From assembly GCF_036588685.1 (NCBI RefSeq), contig NC_086373.1:10726001-10790000 (forward strand): a DNA stretch of 64,000 bases. The letters are read 5' to 3'. This DNA comes from Mytilus trossulus (lineage: Eukaryota). A program made the translations under genes and the position numbers. The notes under the pieces are model-generated. The model saw only the letters and a program-made list of their open reading frames with translations, was not told the origin of the DNA and made no database searches. This document shows, piece after piece, positions 25,958 to 39,257 of this stretch; within the stretch, counting starts at the first letter, position 1, and each line of letters opens with the position of its first letter.

Positions 25958-26419
25958 TTGGTCCGAGACAACAATTGTCTTCTTTTCGTTATATAAATAT
26001 ATATATACAAATATAGTCCCTAGTGTTGACAGTGGATTACTTACCATTAATTTTTATACACCTTCCAAATTTATTTCTCGATCCATGTTTAATGCCTCAA
26101 ATTGCAAATAGGGGGTGGGGGTGAAATTACACTGTAAACAAATTTGGGCCCAGAATTTTAATGGAAAGTAGTGATTTGGTCCAGCTGAAAAAGGTTTAAA
26201 ATTAGCACTTTGGAAGCTGTCAAAAGATTTCAAGACGCCCTAAACATAAAATTGTCCATATTTTGAGTTAGAGCCGATAAAATTTTCTATGTTTTTTTTA
26301 ATCTCAAAAGTAGAACAACACACTGTAAAAGTTTCTTTGAGAAAGCGCAGGTGGGATTTTTTTATTTTTACTATGTTCAAAAAGAAATGCACTACGAAAT
26401 TATTGTGGTCTCGGACCAA
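25958..26419. mobile_element. MITE of about 460 bp with short TIRs
   Basis: ttggtccgagacaacaat ... attgtggtctcggaccaa (17 of 18 positions complementary); TSD ambiguous. Confidence 0.7.
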
Positions 26420-26821
26420 TCTCATCATGGAACACTTTCTGCACGAAAAACAGACCAAACAAGAATCAAATAACATGGACCAATTTAAAATCAAGGTCAG
26501 ATTAATATAATTGCAAGATAGACAATTTCATCATACAAACATTCCATACCCCAAATATGTATCTAACTAAATGCTTATAGTATCCGAGGCATACACCAAA
26601 ACACAAACATTTTACTCTACCGGACCACTTCACCCTGAAAATGATGTCAAGGTCAGATGACACCTGAAAAGTGGACATTAAGACATTAAAATCGATCCAT
26701 ACAACCAAATATAGAAAAACTATTGCATTTGGTACCTGAGACTTCGTCTAAACCACGGACACATAACACAAACACGTAAAATGAGTTCATGGTCAAGTGA
26801 AAACTGTTTTCCTAATTTTGG

Positions 26822-26916
26822 GAGCACACCATATTATTTAAGTTGTGCGCACAATATATTATTTTGTGCGCACAATATATTTTTTTTTCTTTGCATGTCC
26901 CTAGCGGGGCTCCGTA
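26822..26916. mobile_element. One end of a DNA transposon with gtgcgcacaa subterminal repeats
   Basis: Repeated ttgtgcgcacaatatatt followed by catgtccctagcggggctccgta; the partner end was not found. Confidence 0.4.
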
Positions 26917-27186
26917 CGATTCTATTAATTAAGGGATGAAAATAAGTTTGACATTTATGTTACAATTTAAAAAGCTATCAATGTATATTAATTTAAGTTG
27001 CAGTAAAAAAAAAATATTAGGTCATTATTATAAAAATATAAACGTTTTTGTACTCGGCGTAAAACTGGGGAAGGGCTCGGTAAAACCTCGCCCTTCCCCA
27101 TTTTCTCAGCCTATACTAAAAAGTGGATATTTTCCTAATATTGACCTTATGTTGTATATGTATTGGTTATTTCATGCAATTTGAAC

Positions 27187-27451
27187 ATCAGGAGCCTGTT
27201 ATTCAGTGGTTGTCGTTTGTTTATGTGTTACATATTTGTTTTTCGTTCATTTTTTTACATAAATAAGGCCGTTAGTTTTCTCGTTTGAATTGTTTTACAT
27301 TGTCTTATCGGGGCCTTTTATAGCTGACTATGCGGTATGGGCTTTGCTCATTGTTGAAGGCCGTACGGTGACCTATATTTGTTAATGCTTGTGTCATTTG
27401 GTCTTTTGTGGATAGTTGTCTCATTGGCAATCATACCACATCTTCTTTTTT
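27187..27451 (+). repeat. Family A interspersed repeat, well conserved
   Basis: Near-identical to 46450-46720. Confidence 0.93.
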
Positions 27452-28849
27452 GATACAATAATTTAAAGCGATATACCAGCTGAACCAACATTACCATATT
27501 ACTCATGCACAACATCAGTTATAATCTCCGAGTCACTGAAAATGTTAAAGTATAACTTCTTTCTTTTACTCTGATATGATTGATCCTTACAGAGAATAAA
27601 ACATTTTTCTTACATTGATGCTGGAATTCTGTTGTCTTGAAGCCTTCATTTTCTACATGGTTGGAAATTATCGTGTGAGTGGTGATATTTGGGAATTTTT
27701 ACTCAACGTGCTTTATTCATTAAAACAAAACATTTCACCCTTATATTATTTTAATTATGTTATTAAATAGATCCATTCGGACCTTATAGCGCCTTATCCC
27801 GCATACACGAGCTACACATTTGTTATGCCACAATTCTTGGTCTTTTCATTGCTTCGGACAAACAATATTTTTAGGCTCATTGCATTTTGAAAACTGTATT
27901 TTAGATGCACTTATCAATTTGCAACTTTATAGTGTCAATTTTTATGGTTTCAATGGGTTACTTGTAAGCAACAAACTAAAAATTTTGTCATCTTATTCTC
28001 TATTGTCGTGGAGTTAAAGATGCAGATTTTTTATAGCTTAAGTAATTTCAAGTCTCAATTCAAGATTATTACCGAATAGAGTAATCATTCTCTATCATAA
28101 TAAGGGGCCCAAAAATAATGTGAAACTTGTAACTGCCGTGCTTTTAACTAAAAATCAGTTGTATCTAATTGTCATATTTATAAACCTCTGCAGAAATACT
28201 AAAAAATGGTCTATGTTTAATGAACTTGATTTAACAGTGTAAGGATTTTGCACAGTCAGCTCTGTTTCATCTCTCATAAGCCGTAATTCTTTGCACCAAT
28301 GGTTTTGACGTTATGTTTTGAATCGTATATTTTTGAATCTGGCCAAACGACCAATAAATTGAAATCTTGATCATGTAAAGCATCTGCCAACTTTAAAGCT
28401 TTTGCCTGATAAGTATGTATCATGTGTACTTCTGGTGTGTCATGCTATTAATTTCAACAGCTCGTATGTCAAATCAAAAATCAATTACATCCTTTTGTTC
28501 CCCCTGCAACTGATTGTCGGTTTGGGGGGGGGGGGGAGGGATTTTTTGTTACCCCTGTCCGTTTGTCCCTTTATTGGTATATATATAGTTATTTGGCATA
28601 ACTCCTCCTATTGTTTGATTCCTAGAAAGTTTTCACTTCGCTGCCTGTTGAGTATTTAAGTACGTACACTGCGCTTCAATAGAAACGATTCCCTTTTCAA
28701 ACAATTCTATGTGACTACATGTCCATTATGTATTCCGTGTGCATTGAATGGCTTGAAATGTCATAAAATGTGTCTATATTGTTGTATGGTCGATTAAAGC
28801 TTTTGTTAAATGATTTTTTTAAAATAAATATGAATTCATAACTACATGA

Positions 28850-29190
28850 AAGTCATGGCCTGTACAAGTGATTCTTACCAAAAAAAAAACCACATATATC
28901 GTTCTTGAGGTCAAAGTTCAAGGTCATATGAAGGTCAAAATTTTAAGAAGGCACACCACCTCATGGTGATACATCCACATGCCAAAGATGTAAGGCCTAG
29001 GTCAAAAGGCAAAGAAGTTATGGCCTACATGGTTGTGTTTTTCACGGAAAAACACCCATAAATTTGACCTTGAGGTCACATTTGAAGGTCACTCAAAGGT
29101 CATCATGATGCCAGACACTTAACCCTGTGATGATACATCCACATGCCAAATAGCTAAGGCCTAGTTCAAAAGACAAACAAAATTATGGCC
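28850..29190. repeat. Two internal units (about 170 bp) of a Helentron/HINE-type repeat
   Basis: cttgaggtca...gatacatccacatgccaaa...aaggcctag(g/t)tcaaaag occurs twice; the gaccttga motif is typical of molluscan HINE cores. Confidence 0.5.
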
Positions 29191-29194
29191 ATTA

Positions 29195-29778
29195 TGTACT
29201 TTTTGAATAGATTTTGCTCTTATTTAATGAACCAATTTGAGGGTGGGGCCTAATTTAAACTTAAATTCCAAAAATTCTAACGGTTAAATTTTAAAAAAAT
29301 TTTGCAAGAACAACCGACTAGTATAGCACTCCAAATGCTTAGTTTTATGAAAAAATTAAACGACACATTTTTTTTCAAAAAAAAAAATCTTCTTCAAATA
29401 CTAGAAGCACAGCCTTCACTTTTCAGGGCTAATTCTGATACCCCCTATTAAAGTTCTGACAATTTTTTTTACCCGGAATATAAAACTAATATTCTCCTCA
29501 GCTATCATTATTAGCTATGCTATTGTCAATTTAGGATTAAATTAATTTTTTTTTTTACAAATTCAACCCTATACCCATATTTCAGAAACTTCCAATTTTG
29601 GCCGATACTAGTATGTAAAAGATGCCATATTTGAATTGCCAAATCTTTTAAACCGATGGTTCAAATCTTTTAAAATTTTTACAAGATGTTTAGGTTGGCC
29701 TAGTTTATCAATGAAAAAAAATTAAGAAAAATTAAACGACAGGAATTTTTTGGGGTATAGTGTTGGGTACCCCCTTAA
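29195..29778. mobile_element. Truncated non-autonomous DNA transposon, possibly Kolobok-like
   Basis: Ends in gtgttgggtacccct followed by taa (TTAA target); internal duplicated aaaaattaaacgaca; left TIR not found. Confidence 0.3.
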
Positions 29779-32249
29779 GATCTTTAACAAATATGCACCA
29801 GATTTTAGTGACAAAGAACTCATCTCTCATCTAAATATTAGTTTTCGACCTATATACATGTCTGTTTTGACAGGTTGATATATCATATTGTCCCCAAACT
29901 TATAGTATTAAATTTTGAAGAAAAAAAGATTGATAGCGACGGAAAACTGTAAAAAAAAAAAACGAAATTATTATTGTACCTAAGATATAAATAAAACTAT
30001 AATTTGATTTCCCTGATTGAGTAGCAATTTAAAATTGATTAATATAAAAACTAAAAAAAATATCCGAGTTTCAACTCCAAATGTGTAATCTTAATAAATA
30101 ATCAAACGATAAAACATATTGCAATATACTAGTGGTCAATCTATAAAAAAAAAGTTATTTCAAAGTTAAACACTGATATTTTAAATTGTTTAACAGTCTT
30201 ACAATAGACTTTCATAGTTTATTTGTATTGTAAAGAATTTTAAATGGTGTTAAACCTTCCCCTGACAATTGTCAATAGTTTTATTTAGCAACTATATACT
30301 GACCACTTAGCTACGTATACACAGTACTGACCACTGAAGGGGTAAGCGCTATAGCTACATTCAAAACACATTCAAACAGAAAATCAATTAATAGTCAAGT
30401 TAATATTTTCGATAAGAATAAATTTCCCACAGTAATCTGAGATTGATCTAAGAATTATAACAAACAATACCATTTAAATATACACATTTATAGGGATTTT
30501 TTTTTAATCTGACATCGGACGTACATACGGGGATAATGGCGGGGATATAGAATTTATAGGACATATTGAGTGTACTTTCAAACAGATCAGCTGTTTACTA
30601 AACCTTGAATTTATCAAAATAGTAAGGATGTTGTCACCCAGGAACAGATTACCTTAGCTGAATTTGGCAATGATAATATACAACATAGGGGTCATCATTA
30701 AATTGACAATGAACATGGAGAATATGTCAGAGAGACAACAACCCGACCAATGGACAGATAACATCACAAGGCCACCAATTGGTCTTCAATGCAGCGAGAA
30801 AATCCCGCACCCGGAGGTGGGCTTCAGCTGGCCCCTAAATATGGGTTTTAGTCCAGTAAAACATGGACGTCATACTAAACTCATTAACATATAAAGGAGC
30901 TAAAATAAAAAAAACCAAACATACACGACTAACAAAGGTCATGCAGAGGCTCCTTACTTCTGAATTGGGACAGCGCAAAAATGCGTCGGGGTTAAACATG
31001 ACGATTTTTTATTTTTTAAAAGAAGATTTTGGTTCATAAAAGGAGAGTTCTCTCTCTATCAAAGTATAAAAACATATTACGAAACCACCACTTTGAATGA
31101 CTTCTAGTCCAAAATCCGGATAACATAGAGGAAGGGAGGATTGTTTTTATCAAAATAAATTGGCATGATCGTATACTTTATTTTTGCCGCAAAAAAGTAC
31201 AACAGTAGATGGCTAAAAGTTTTCGTCGCTAGTAACTTTGTACTATATATTTCTAATTAAACTCAGTTCATTTAAAAAAAACCTATTGTAGGGTCATTTA
31301 TGCTCGGATTTAAATCAACCTGGTACCAATAGCAGCAGCCACAGGCTTTTTGGTTTATAAGATTACATGTTTTAATATACAGCTCTTTCATTTTCTAATG
31401 ATGATAATTTAAGTATTATTGTTTGTTCCTGAAACAGAATAATAGTATAATGAAGCAGTATTATTCAACCAAATAAAATTACGAAGAAAGACTGTTCAAA
31501 TTTTGAACTCGACAAGTCTGTTTAAAGACCAAGTACCTAGCGTTATAATGACTCGGGCGAAGATAAAAACGATTTTTTTTTTATGTTATTGGTTTAAGGA
31601 GTCAATCATACACTGACAGTATTAGGGGGACCAAATGTACATCAAAGATTAAAAAAGGGGGGCATATCGCATGAACGGTAGAATGACGTCATCCAAATTC
31701 GAACTTGATCTGTGTTTTGTGGTAATGTATAAGTTTTATAACATTTGGTTGAGGCAAACTAAAATTAGAGAAAAGAAATTAATCTTGACGATGTATATGG
31801 CAGACGGACAGTTAATGCCTGTTCCGTTACGGCGGGGTAAAAAAGAGTGTGACTTGTTACAATCCAAAAACAGACACTAACAGACAAAGTAGACAACTTT
31901 AACAATATTGTAGAAGACAACCTCAATGAAACTGAGGTAAAGCTTACAAAAAGAATGATTGTCACCTCTGTGATCTCGTGCCCGCCTGGAGGACTGTATG
32001 GTTCGCTGAAGGGTCTGGCCTATTCGCAAAACATCTAGCATGACATTGGGAAGTAATGCTAAAATGAGACAACTTCTATTCAGTTGACTTTTATGTTAAG
32101 TTTGTGAGTAAGAGCCCCGGTTTACACACCAATAACCACTAGAAAAAAGGTGTTTAATACTATATTATTAAGCAATCGACCTTTATCAAAACACCATACA
32201 CGTCTTTTTATTGCCTTCTTCGCAAAAAATGTGTTCGTTTGTGATGAAA

Positions 32250-32600
32250 AAAGTAAAATCACAAAAATACTGAACTTAGAGGAAAATCAATTCGGCAAGT
32301 CCATAACCACATGGCAAAATCAAATAACAAAACGCATCAAACACGAAATGACAAGAACTGTCATATTCCTGACTTGGAACAGGCATTTTCAAATGTAGAA
32401 AATGGTGGATTAAACCTGGTTTTATAGCGCTAACCCTCTCACTTTAATGACAGTCTCATCAAATTCGGTTATATTTTCATTGATGCGTTAACTATAATAA
32501 ACAGACAAAATAAATAAAATAGTCAAAATATGGGTATATCATACATCATCGTATAACAATTTAACAGAACACAAAAACATCTAACACATTCATTGATTTG
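32250..32600 (+). repeat. Interspersed repeat family C
   Basis: aaaatcacaaaaatactgaact...gtcatattcctgacttgg...ggtggattaaacctggttt; homologues at about 36345-36640, 56820-56975 (-), 57150-57460 (-) and 60770-61040 (-). Confidence 0.8.
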
Positions 32601-33873
32601 AGTGTCATGAAACGACTTTGGTCGGTTATAAAATGTTACATTCCTTGAGTGCTTCTATTTCTTCGTTGTCTTTGTTAAAGACAAAGTTTTTTGGTTGTCG
32701 TCCTATTGCATATACACTACTGTTGCCTTAAAAACAACTTTCAATGTCTCCATACTATATGTAAATATAAAAGTGTTGCTTTTAAAAACGATTAAATTGA
32801 CATTACATATTTAGTTTAAGCTTCCTTTAGCTACATGGGCGTTCAAAGTAAACTTGGAATTCAGCAACTATTCAAATATACATATTTTGTTGTGGTAATA
32901 TTTTACCGCCGGTCATAAATTCTCGCTGGATACTCCGGCTTCCTTGACCAAACAACAAACTGGCAGCCATGATACAACTAGTGTGCATAAACTAGTGTTA
33001 AAAGCTAGTAACGTACCAATTCTATAAATCTAGATATGACTGTATGACTTTTTTGCGCAATTCAGTGGTTGTATTTTGTTTCATGTATTATTTTTGCAAT
33101 TGTTTTGTAAAACAATAAGGCCTTTGTTTTTTCTAGTTTTTGTTATTTTGTCATGAGGAGCACTTTATAACTTACCATACGTCATTGTTGGAGGTCGCAC
33201 GGTGACCTATTTATAGTTGCTCACATTTAATCTCAGCTAGACTAATTGTTGTCTCATTGGCACCATACCACAACATTCTTATTTTAATGATGAATGAGTG
33301 AGGTGATGGATCCATTTACAACTTATTAGATAAACAGTTTTTCTTATTAATATTTCTTTTTTTACGTAAAAAAAAGTAATTTAAATTTCATCATGAAAAC
33401 CGCAAGTCAATGTTCTTCGACATTCAAATTTAGTTTATTCTACATTTGGTTGCATAAACCTTCGAAATAAAACGTGTTATTCGGTAATTATTCAAATAAA
33501 TCTACACACATTTGTGTGAGCTAATATTTTACTTCCAGTCATATGTTCTCTGTTGGTACTTCGGCTTCCTCGAACAGTAAACTGGCAGCCATGATACAGC
33601 TGTATGTACAGAAAGTGGTGACAAATACTATCAACCTATCAATCCTATAAATCTAGATATTCTTTTCATTTTATGAGGGGGACAACATAGAAAAACTAAC
33701 ATGCAATAACAGAATATTTATTTAAACTGTTTCATAAATATCACAGTAGGTCAAATAATATCGATGAGTGTATTTCAAAAGTTTCAAAACGGTCCTGTTC
33801 GTTTTTAGCAGGAAACGTGTTCAAAATATTGTTTAATATATTAGATTTATTATAAAACACTCCAAATATCTCC

Positions 33874-34200
33874 TCATTTCTTAAAATGATGGAACACTGA
33901 ACCCAAAGCCTCGCAACATGGCACAACACAGCAATTAACACAGGATGCATAAATTCGCTGACAAACTCCACAGTTAATCTCGATGATCTTCATACATGGT
34001 GAGATAATCCAGATATGGTAGAAAGCAATGATGGCGAATTCACATCCCCATTCAGCAGCAATAAAGATACCATAGATGATGGTCAGGATGTTGTAACATA
34101 ACAGCTTCCAGCAGTCGAAACATTTGGCTGATAACTTCCAGACACAGTCAATACTGTGTATACCATCAGGTTCTCCGAATACATCATTGAAATGTAGTGA
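33874..34200 (-). CDS. CAV: Caveolin gene 3, exon 2 (129 aa total)
   Basis: ttttgcag acceptor; SLHFNDVFGEPDGIHSIDCVWK...EALGSVFHHFKK*; two amino-acid differences from gene 1 exon 2. Confidence 0.96.
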   Translation of the reverse strand, partial: SLHFNDVFGEPDGIHSIDCVWKLSAKCFDCWKLLCYNILTIIYGIFIAAEWGCEFAIIAFYHIWIISPCMKIIEINCGVCQRIYASCVNCCVVPCCEALGSVFHHFKK

Positions 34201-35309
34201 CTGCAAAATAACAAGTAAGTATTTAAACAAAGCCAGTGTCTATACAATTGATAGAATAAACGAAATACAATGCAAAACAAGCAAAGGTCAAATTCTATGT
34301 CCTTTCATCTAGTACTCAATTTCAATGCCAAAGGTCATGGATCTCTAATTAAAAGACGCCAAGTCTCTTATATGTATTGTTAAAAAGTTATGATATAAAA
34401 CAGTTTGATTTAAATATTCAAAGGGAGGTCATCAATTAAAAAGTCACCAAGGCACTTCGATTAAAATGTATTGGCGTTGTATCAGTTAGCAACTTACAAC
34501 TGACAACAACTTCAAAATTTCGATTTAGCAATAATAAGCAAAGGTAATTTCCATATGGAAAAGTGTTCGGTTGCAGAGGGTAAGTTAAAACAAACATATC
34601 TTATCCACATATCGTATCGACAGGTAGCTAAACAAAAGTGGCGGAATACAAGAAAAAAAATCCCGAACACAATGTTTTTCTACGGGAATGGCGGAACGAC
34701 ATAAAAAATGTTAAATACATATTTATAAATAAATAGTGTACAATTATTTCCCATTGAACAAGTGACTGCGCCAACAGGGAAATAATCTGTTAAGGGATTG
34801 CTAATCTTGGAGATTCATCGCTTTGTATGGACGACAGATTACATTATACAGAACTTACACTAACTGTTTCATGTAACAGATTGTTAAAACATTTGAGTTA
34901 AAATTCCCCGGAAAAATCAAATTGGTCACACAAAAACTTTACCGATTGAAAAACAAAAAGAGTAACAAAAACTCTGGCCTTGTAGGATTTTTAATATCAG
35001 TTTCTTATGTATAGTTCGGAGTTTGGTATGACGTCCATTATCACTGTACTAGTATATATATTTTTAAGGGGCCAGCTGAAGGACTCCTACGGGTGCGGGA
35101 GTTTTCTCGCTACATTGAAGATGTCGCTTTAACACATTCCCCATTTCCTGTCTCAATTTTATTAAAAGAAAAAAATCTATATGTGAGCCGTTTAGATTTA
35201 GTTTTACATTTGTGTAGTCCTTCAATTTTGGTATGGAAATGTTTTCACGTATTAGATAACGCGGACGTAAGCTACAAACACACAGAAACAATAACACAGT
35301 TGAACTTAC

Positions 35310-35372
35310 CCCTAAGTGAGCGTTCAAACCATTTGGATCTCTGTTAACTAAATCTATTTCACCACCAGACAT
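35310..35372 (-). CDS. CAV: Caveolin gene 3, exon 1
   Basis: MSGGEIDLVNRDPNGLNAHLG then GTAAGT donor. Confidence 0.94.
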
Positions 35373-37386
35373 ATTGTCAAAATAGAAATAAAAACAAGCA
35401 CACTATTTTACAAGAAAGGTACCACAAATGATGGCTAAAGGCTGAAGGCGAGTTTAAGTACGTGTTTTTGTTTTGGTTACAGTAAGCATGGTGAATGAAC
35501 GAAGATGAGACAGTACTATGGTCAATAGTTTACGTTAGAGATTTCTTATCATACTGTTGACACACCATTGGACAGTTTGTGTACCTAAGAAAATATTTAA
35601 GACACTTGATATTAACAAACACGCCGTGTATATTCGATGACCAGTATGTTTGCTCACATAATCTCATATCTAGAAGATAATTGCTTTTTTTTAAATGGGT
35701 TCATTTATGGAACAAATAGACCAAAAATTCGTAAAACATAACTTTATATCAAATATTTAACTTTAGCATACAGAATTGAAGCATACATCTTTGGAGCCTC
35801 GATTCCTTTTTAAAATTCATTCACTGGAGACGAGATAGTTCTATTTCATTTTAGAAAAATGCACATAAACAACTTTCAACGGCTTTGAACTACTTGTTTC
35901 AGTTTCAATTATGCATGTTATGTGTCAACATTCAATTGCTTCATATTTTTAGTGTAACCAATACATATTGAACTTGATATTGCATTATTTAAAATCTTAT
36001 ATTGGCACAGGTATGAAAGATCTGTTACCATGAAAAATTCATTCACGTTATGACAAAGACAAAAACACGCGCAACTTTATTTTTTTTACAAAATGTATAG
36101 TTATGGTGTTTTGGAGATGCGGAACAAAATTCTAATTGAATTGTCTACCTTTAACCAGAATACATAAAAAAAGTCACCAAATTGAACATAAATTATGTGG
36201 CTTGTGTGTTTTGTATAATAAGATTAAAAAATAAATGATTAGTTGAGAAAACTCTCCACAGGAGTGCAAATAAAAAAGTTAAAAACTATAGAACTTCGTA
36301 TGGCCTTCAGCACTGAGCCAAACCAATACCGCATAGTAAATTTTAAAATCACATAGATACTGAACTCCGTGGAAAATTCAAAACGGAAAGTTCAAAATCA
36401 AATTGCAAAATCAACAGCCGAAACACATCAAATGAATTGACAACAACTGCCATATTCCTAACTTGGCACTGGTACTTTCTTATGTAGATAATGGTGGATT
36501 AAACTTGGTTTTATAGCTAGCTAATCCGTTCACTTGTACGACAGTCGTATGGAATTCCACTTTATTGACAATGATGTGTGAACAAAACAAACAGACACAA
36601 TAGGTAAAAATGCCAAAAATTGGGGTACAGTAGTCAGCGTTTGTGTTATAAACTTATTATCTTATTCACTATAAAAATTAACAGAAAAATAAACTTAACA
36701 TTTACCATAACACAATAACGGGATGTAAAAGTACAGAGCCACGTCACACGTAAAAAAGAATACAAAAAGGCATAGATAAAACACACAAGAAAACACGAAA
36801 GATAAGATTACAGAAATTATCATAGAACAATAACACAATAATGGGATTTATAGGTACAGAGCCACTTCGTGTGTAAACAGGAAACATAAAGGATACATAA
36901 AAATACATATTAGCAAAAATAAAAGATAACAATACAAAAATTATCATAGAACAAAAACACAAAGAGGTATGAATAAGTACAGAGCCACGTCGAATGGATA
37001 CCACAAAAAGAACAGACTAAATAGTAAAAGTAATATTCATTGACAAATAAAAGAAAACTATAACACGTTGTTAAGATAATAAACAACGTCAGTATCCAGA
37101 ATCTATACCCCGAGACCATCGTGTATTATTTGTGATACTGAATATTTTGTATTCTGCTGTATATATATTTTGCCTGAGCAGGTTTCATAAATGATAACCA
37201 AAAAAAAGATGTACAAAACAAGGGCTTTTGTTTCATTTAAGAACTCTTCGTGCTTAAAAAACAAACATTTAAACAGTACGATTTATAAGAAGAAGGACAA
37301 CTCTGATTTTTCCATACGTATAATTGTAGACCTAGGGAAGATCTTTTTTGGCTTAAAAAGAGTGACGAAAGATACCAGAGGGACAA

Positions 37387-37436
37387 TTGGTTATAGCGCT
37401 GGCTTTAGATCCCGAGATTGAGGGGTCGAATCTCCA
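37387..37436 (+). pseudogene. tRNA-derived fragment, copy 1
   Basis: tggttatagcgct (D-arm/A-box-like) and gaggggtcgaatctc (T-arm/B-box-like); homologous to 37755-37811. Confidence 0.4.
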
Positions 37437-37754
37437 TCTATAGATTTTCACAACAATGGCGCTGCGACCATCTGCAATTTGTACAAAAAAATGTAAATAG
37501 AATATTTCCTGTTTGATGTTAGATATGGTCATGAGGTTTGACCAGACGGTTATAGGATACAATGATATGTCCAGGTGACATATAGGGAACTGGCCAGATG
37601 GTTTAAGTCTCGGGTTGTACGGTAGTGGACCTGTGATTTGCTCGAATGGATGGTATGCAGCCCGAAAACAGAAAAGAGAGAAAGAGTGGTGTAGACCTGG
37701 AGATATAAAGGTAGTCTAACTTGTTGGGTAAGGGAAGATCTTCTTAGGTTCAAT

Positions 37755-37811
37755 GTTGGTTAGAGCGCTGCCTTTAGGTCCCGAGATTGAGAGTTCTAAT
37801 CTCGCTGGTAC
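37755..37811 (+). pseudogene. tRNA-derived fragment, copy 2
   Basis: tggttagagcgct...gagagttctaatctc...ggtac; both copies continue into atagattttcacaaca. Confidence 0.4.
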
Positions 37812-37860
37812 CAGTGGCGGATTTTTTTCCCCAAAAGCCCCCCCCCTAAATCCGCCTCTG
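37812..37860. mobile_element. 49-bp mini TIR element with 5-bp TSD (hAT5-like)
   Basis: cagtggcggattt...aaatccgcctctg (12 of 13 positions complementary); ggtac at 37807-37811 and 37861-37865. Confidence 0.7.
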
Positions 37861-39107
37861 GGTACCATCGATAGATTTTCACAACAGTACAAATAATGTT
37901 TTATGTATAATACAATAGATGTCATGGACATGACAACAGACAAAACTTATCACCGACCTATTGGCAAACAACAACGAAATGTTTCAATTAACGTACTTGT
38001 AAAGATTAAATTGTATGGGTTTCAAGATTACTGCTTCATAATGTTGTAAAATAATTTTTTTTTATATTGTTTGCACCAAAAAATATTTTTGTTCTTATCT
38101 TGATACTTTATATACAAATGAGATGTCCGTGGATGTGTGGTATAGAAATTTAATTTTAAACATGTAATAGATACAAAAAATTCTGTTTTCTCCTTATAAT
38201 TGTTCCAAATGTTGTCATGCCGATTGTCGGGGACTTCTTTACGATCACCATTTTGTTGTGGGATATTACTAAACATTTAGGTGTTACATTATATTTAACC
38301 ATCGCTCAACCTTCATTTTACCATTTAAATTCCGGAAATAAAATGCACGAATCATGTTCATCGGGTTTTTTCAAGCTTTGAACATGTAGGTTTTCTGTCT
38401 AAATAGAAACTGTTTAAGCATTGGTGTATATATTTTTAAGCAGCAAATCAGCTATACTGATATATCTGATAATCCTGGAATTATCGAATGTTATATTTAA
38501 AATGTTCACTAAAAAGAGACACGCTTTCAAATTAGGTTTGAAATCTCGACAGTGTATTAAGCTCTTATTTTTGTTGAATATATGAAATCCACTTTAACTT
38601 AAAGTACTGTAACATGTTTTCATAGATTATGTCATGTTTTGTAATATTAATGGTGAGACGTATTAAGTAATTTTTTGTATTGGATTGTAGCATATGTAAC
38701 CAAATATTTAAAAGCTTATTTATATGCAAAAAGATGGCGAGGGTCCAGATTTTTTCTTTATAATTATATAATTAACTGTTACCTTGTAGTTTTCAGATTT
38801 ATATCCCCAATAACTGACACACTATTTATTTAACTATTATTCCGTATTACCGGAACAAAACTCTCCCTTTTCGTATCACATCAAAACTGTACCATACATG
38901 ACATAATTACCTATCTTTCTATATTGTTTTATTTGTACATGCGTTAAATTCTCCTAATTAATTCGTCCTATGCTATTATGTGTAAATTGTTCAATATTAA
39001 ATATCGTTTACTTTCAAAGTATTTGTCAAATTCATTGTACCAACATAAGTATCAGTGTGATAAAATAATATATTATCACCCTTTTTTCTCAATTATTCTA
39101 CAATTAC

Positions 39108-39257
39108 ATGGGTAATCTGTTTTCTGAGAACCAGAAACAAACGACGTTTCAACTGGATGATATGGGAGTAAAAGAAGAGACCATAGTTAACGGAGGGACG
39201 GACAACGGATTCGACCTGATTAACAGAGATCCTAATAGCATTAACAGCCATGTTAAG
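39108..39257 (+). CDS. CAV: Caveolin gene 4, exon 1 (extended N-terminus)
   Basis: MGNLFSENQK...FDLINRDPNSINSHVK then GTAAAG donor; the start could alternatively be Met19. Confidence 0.88.
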
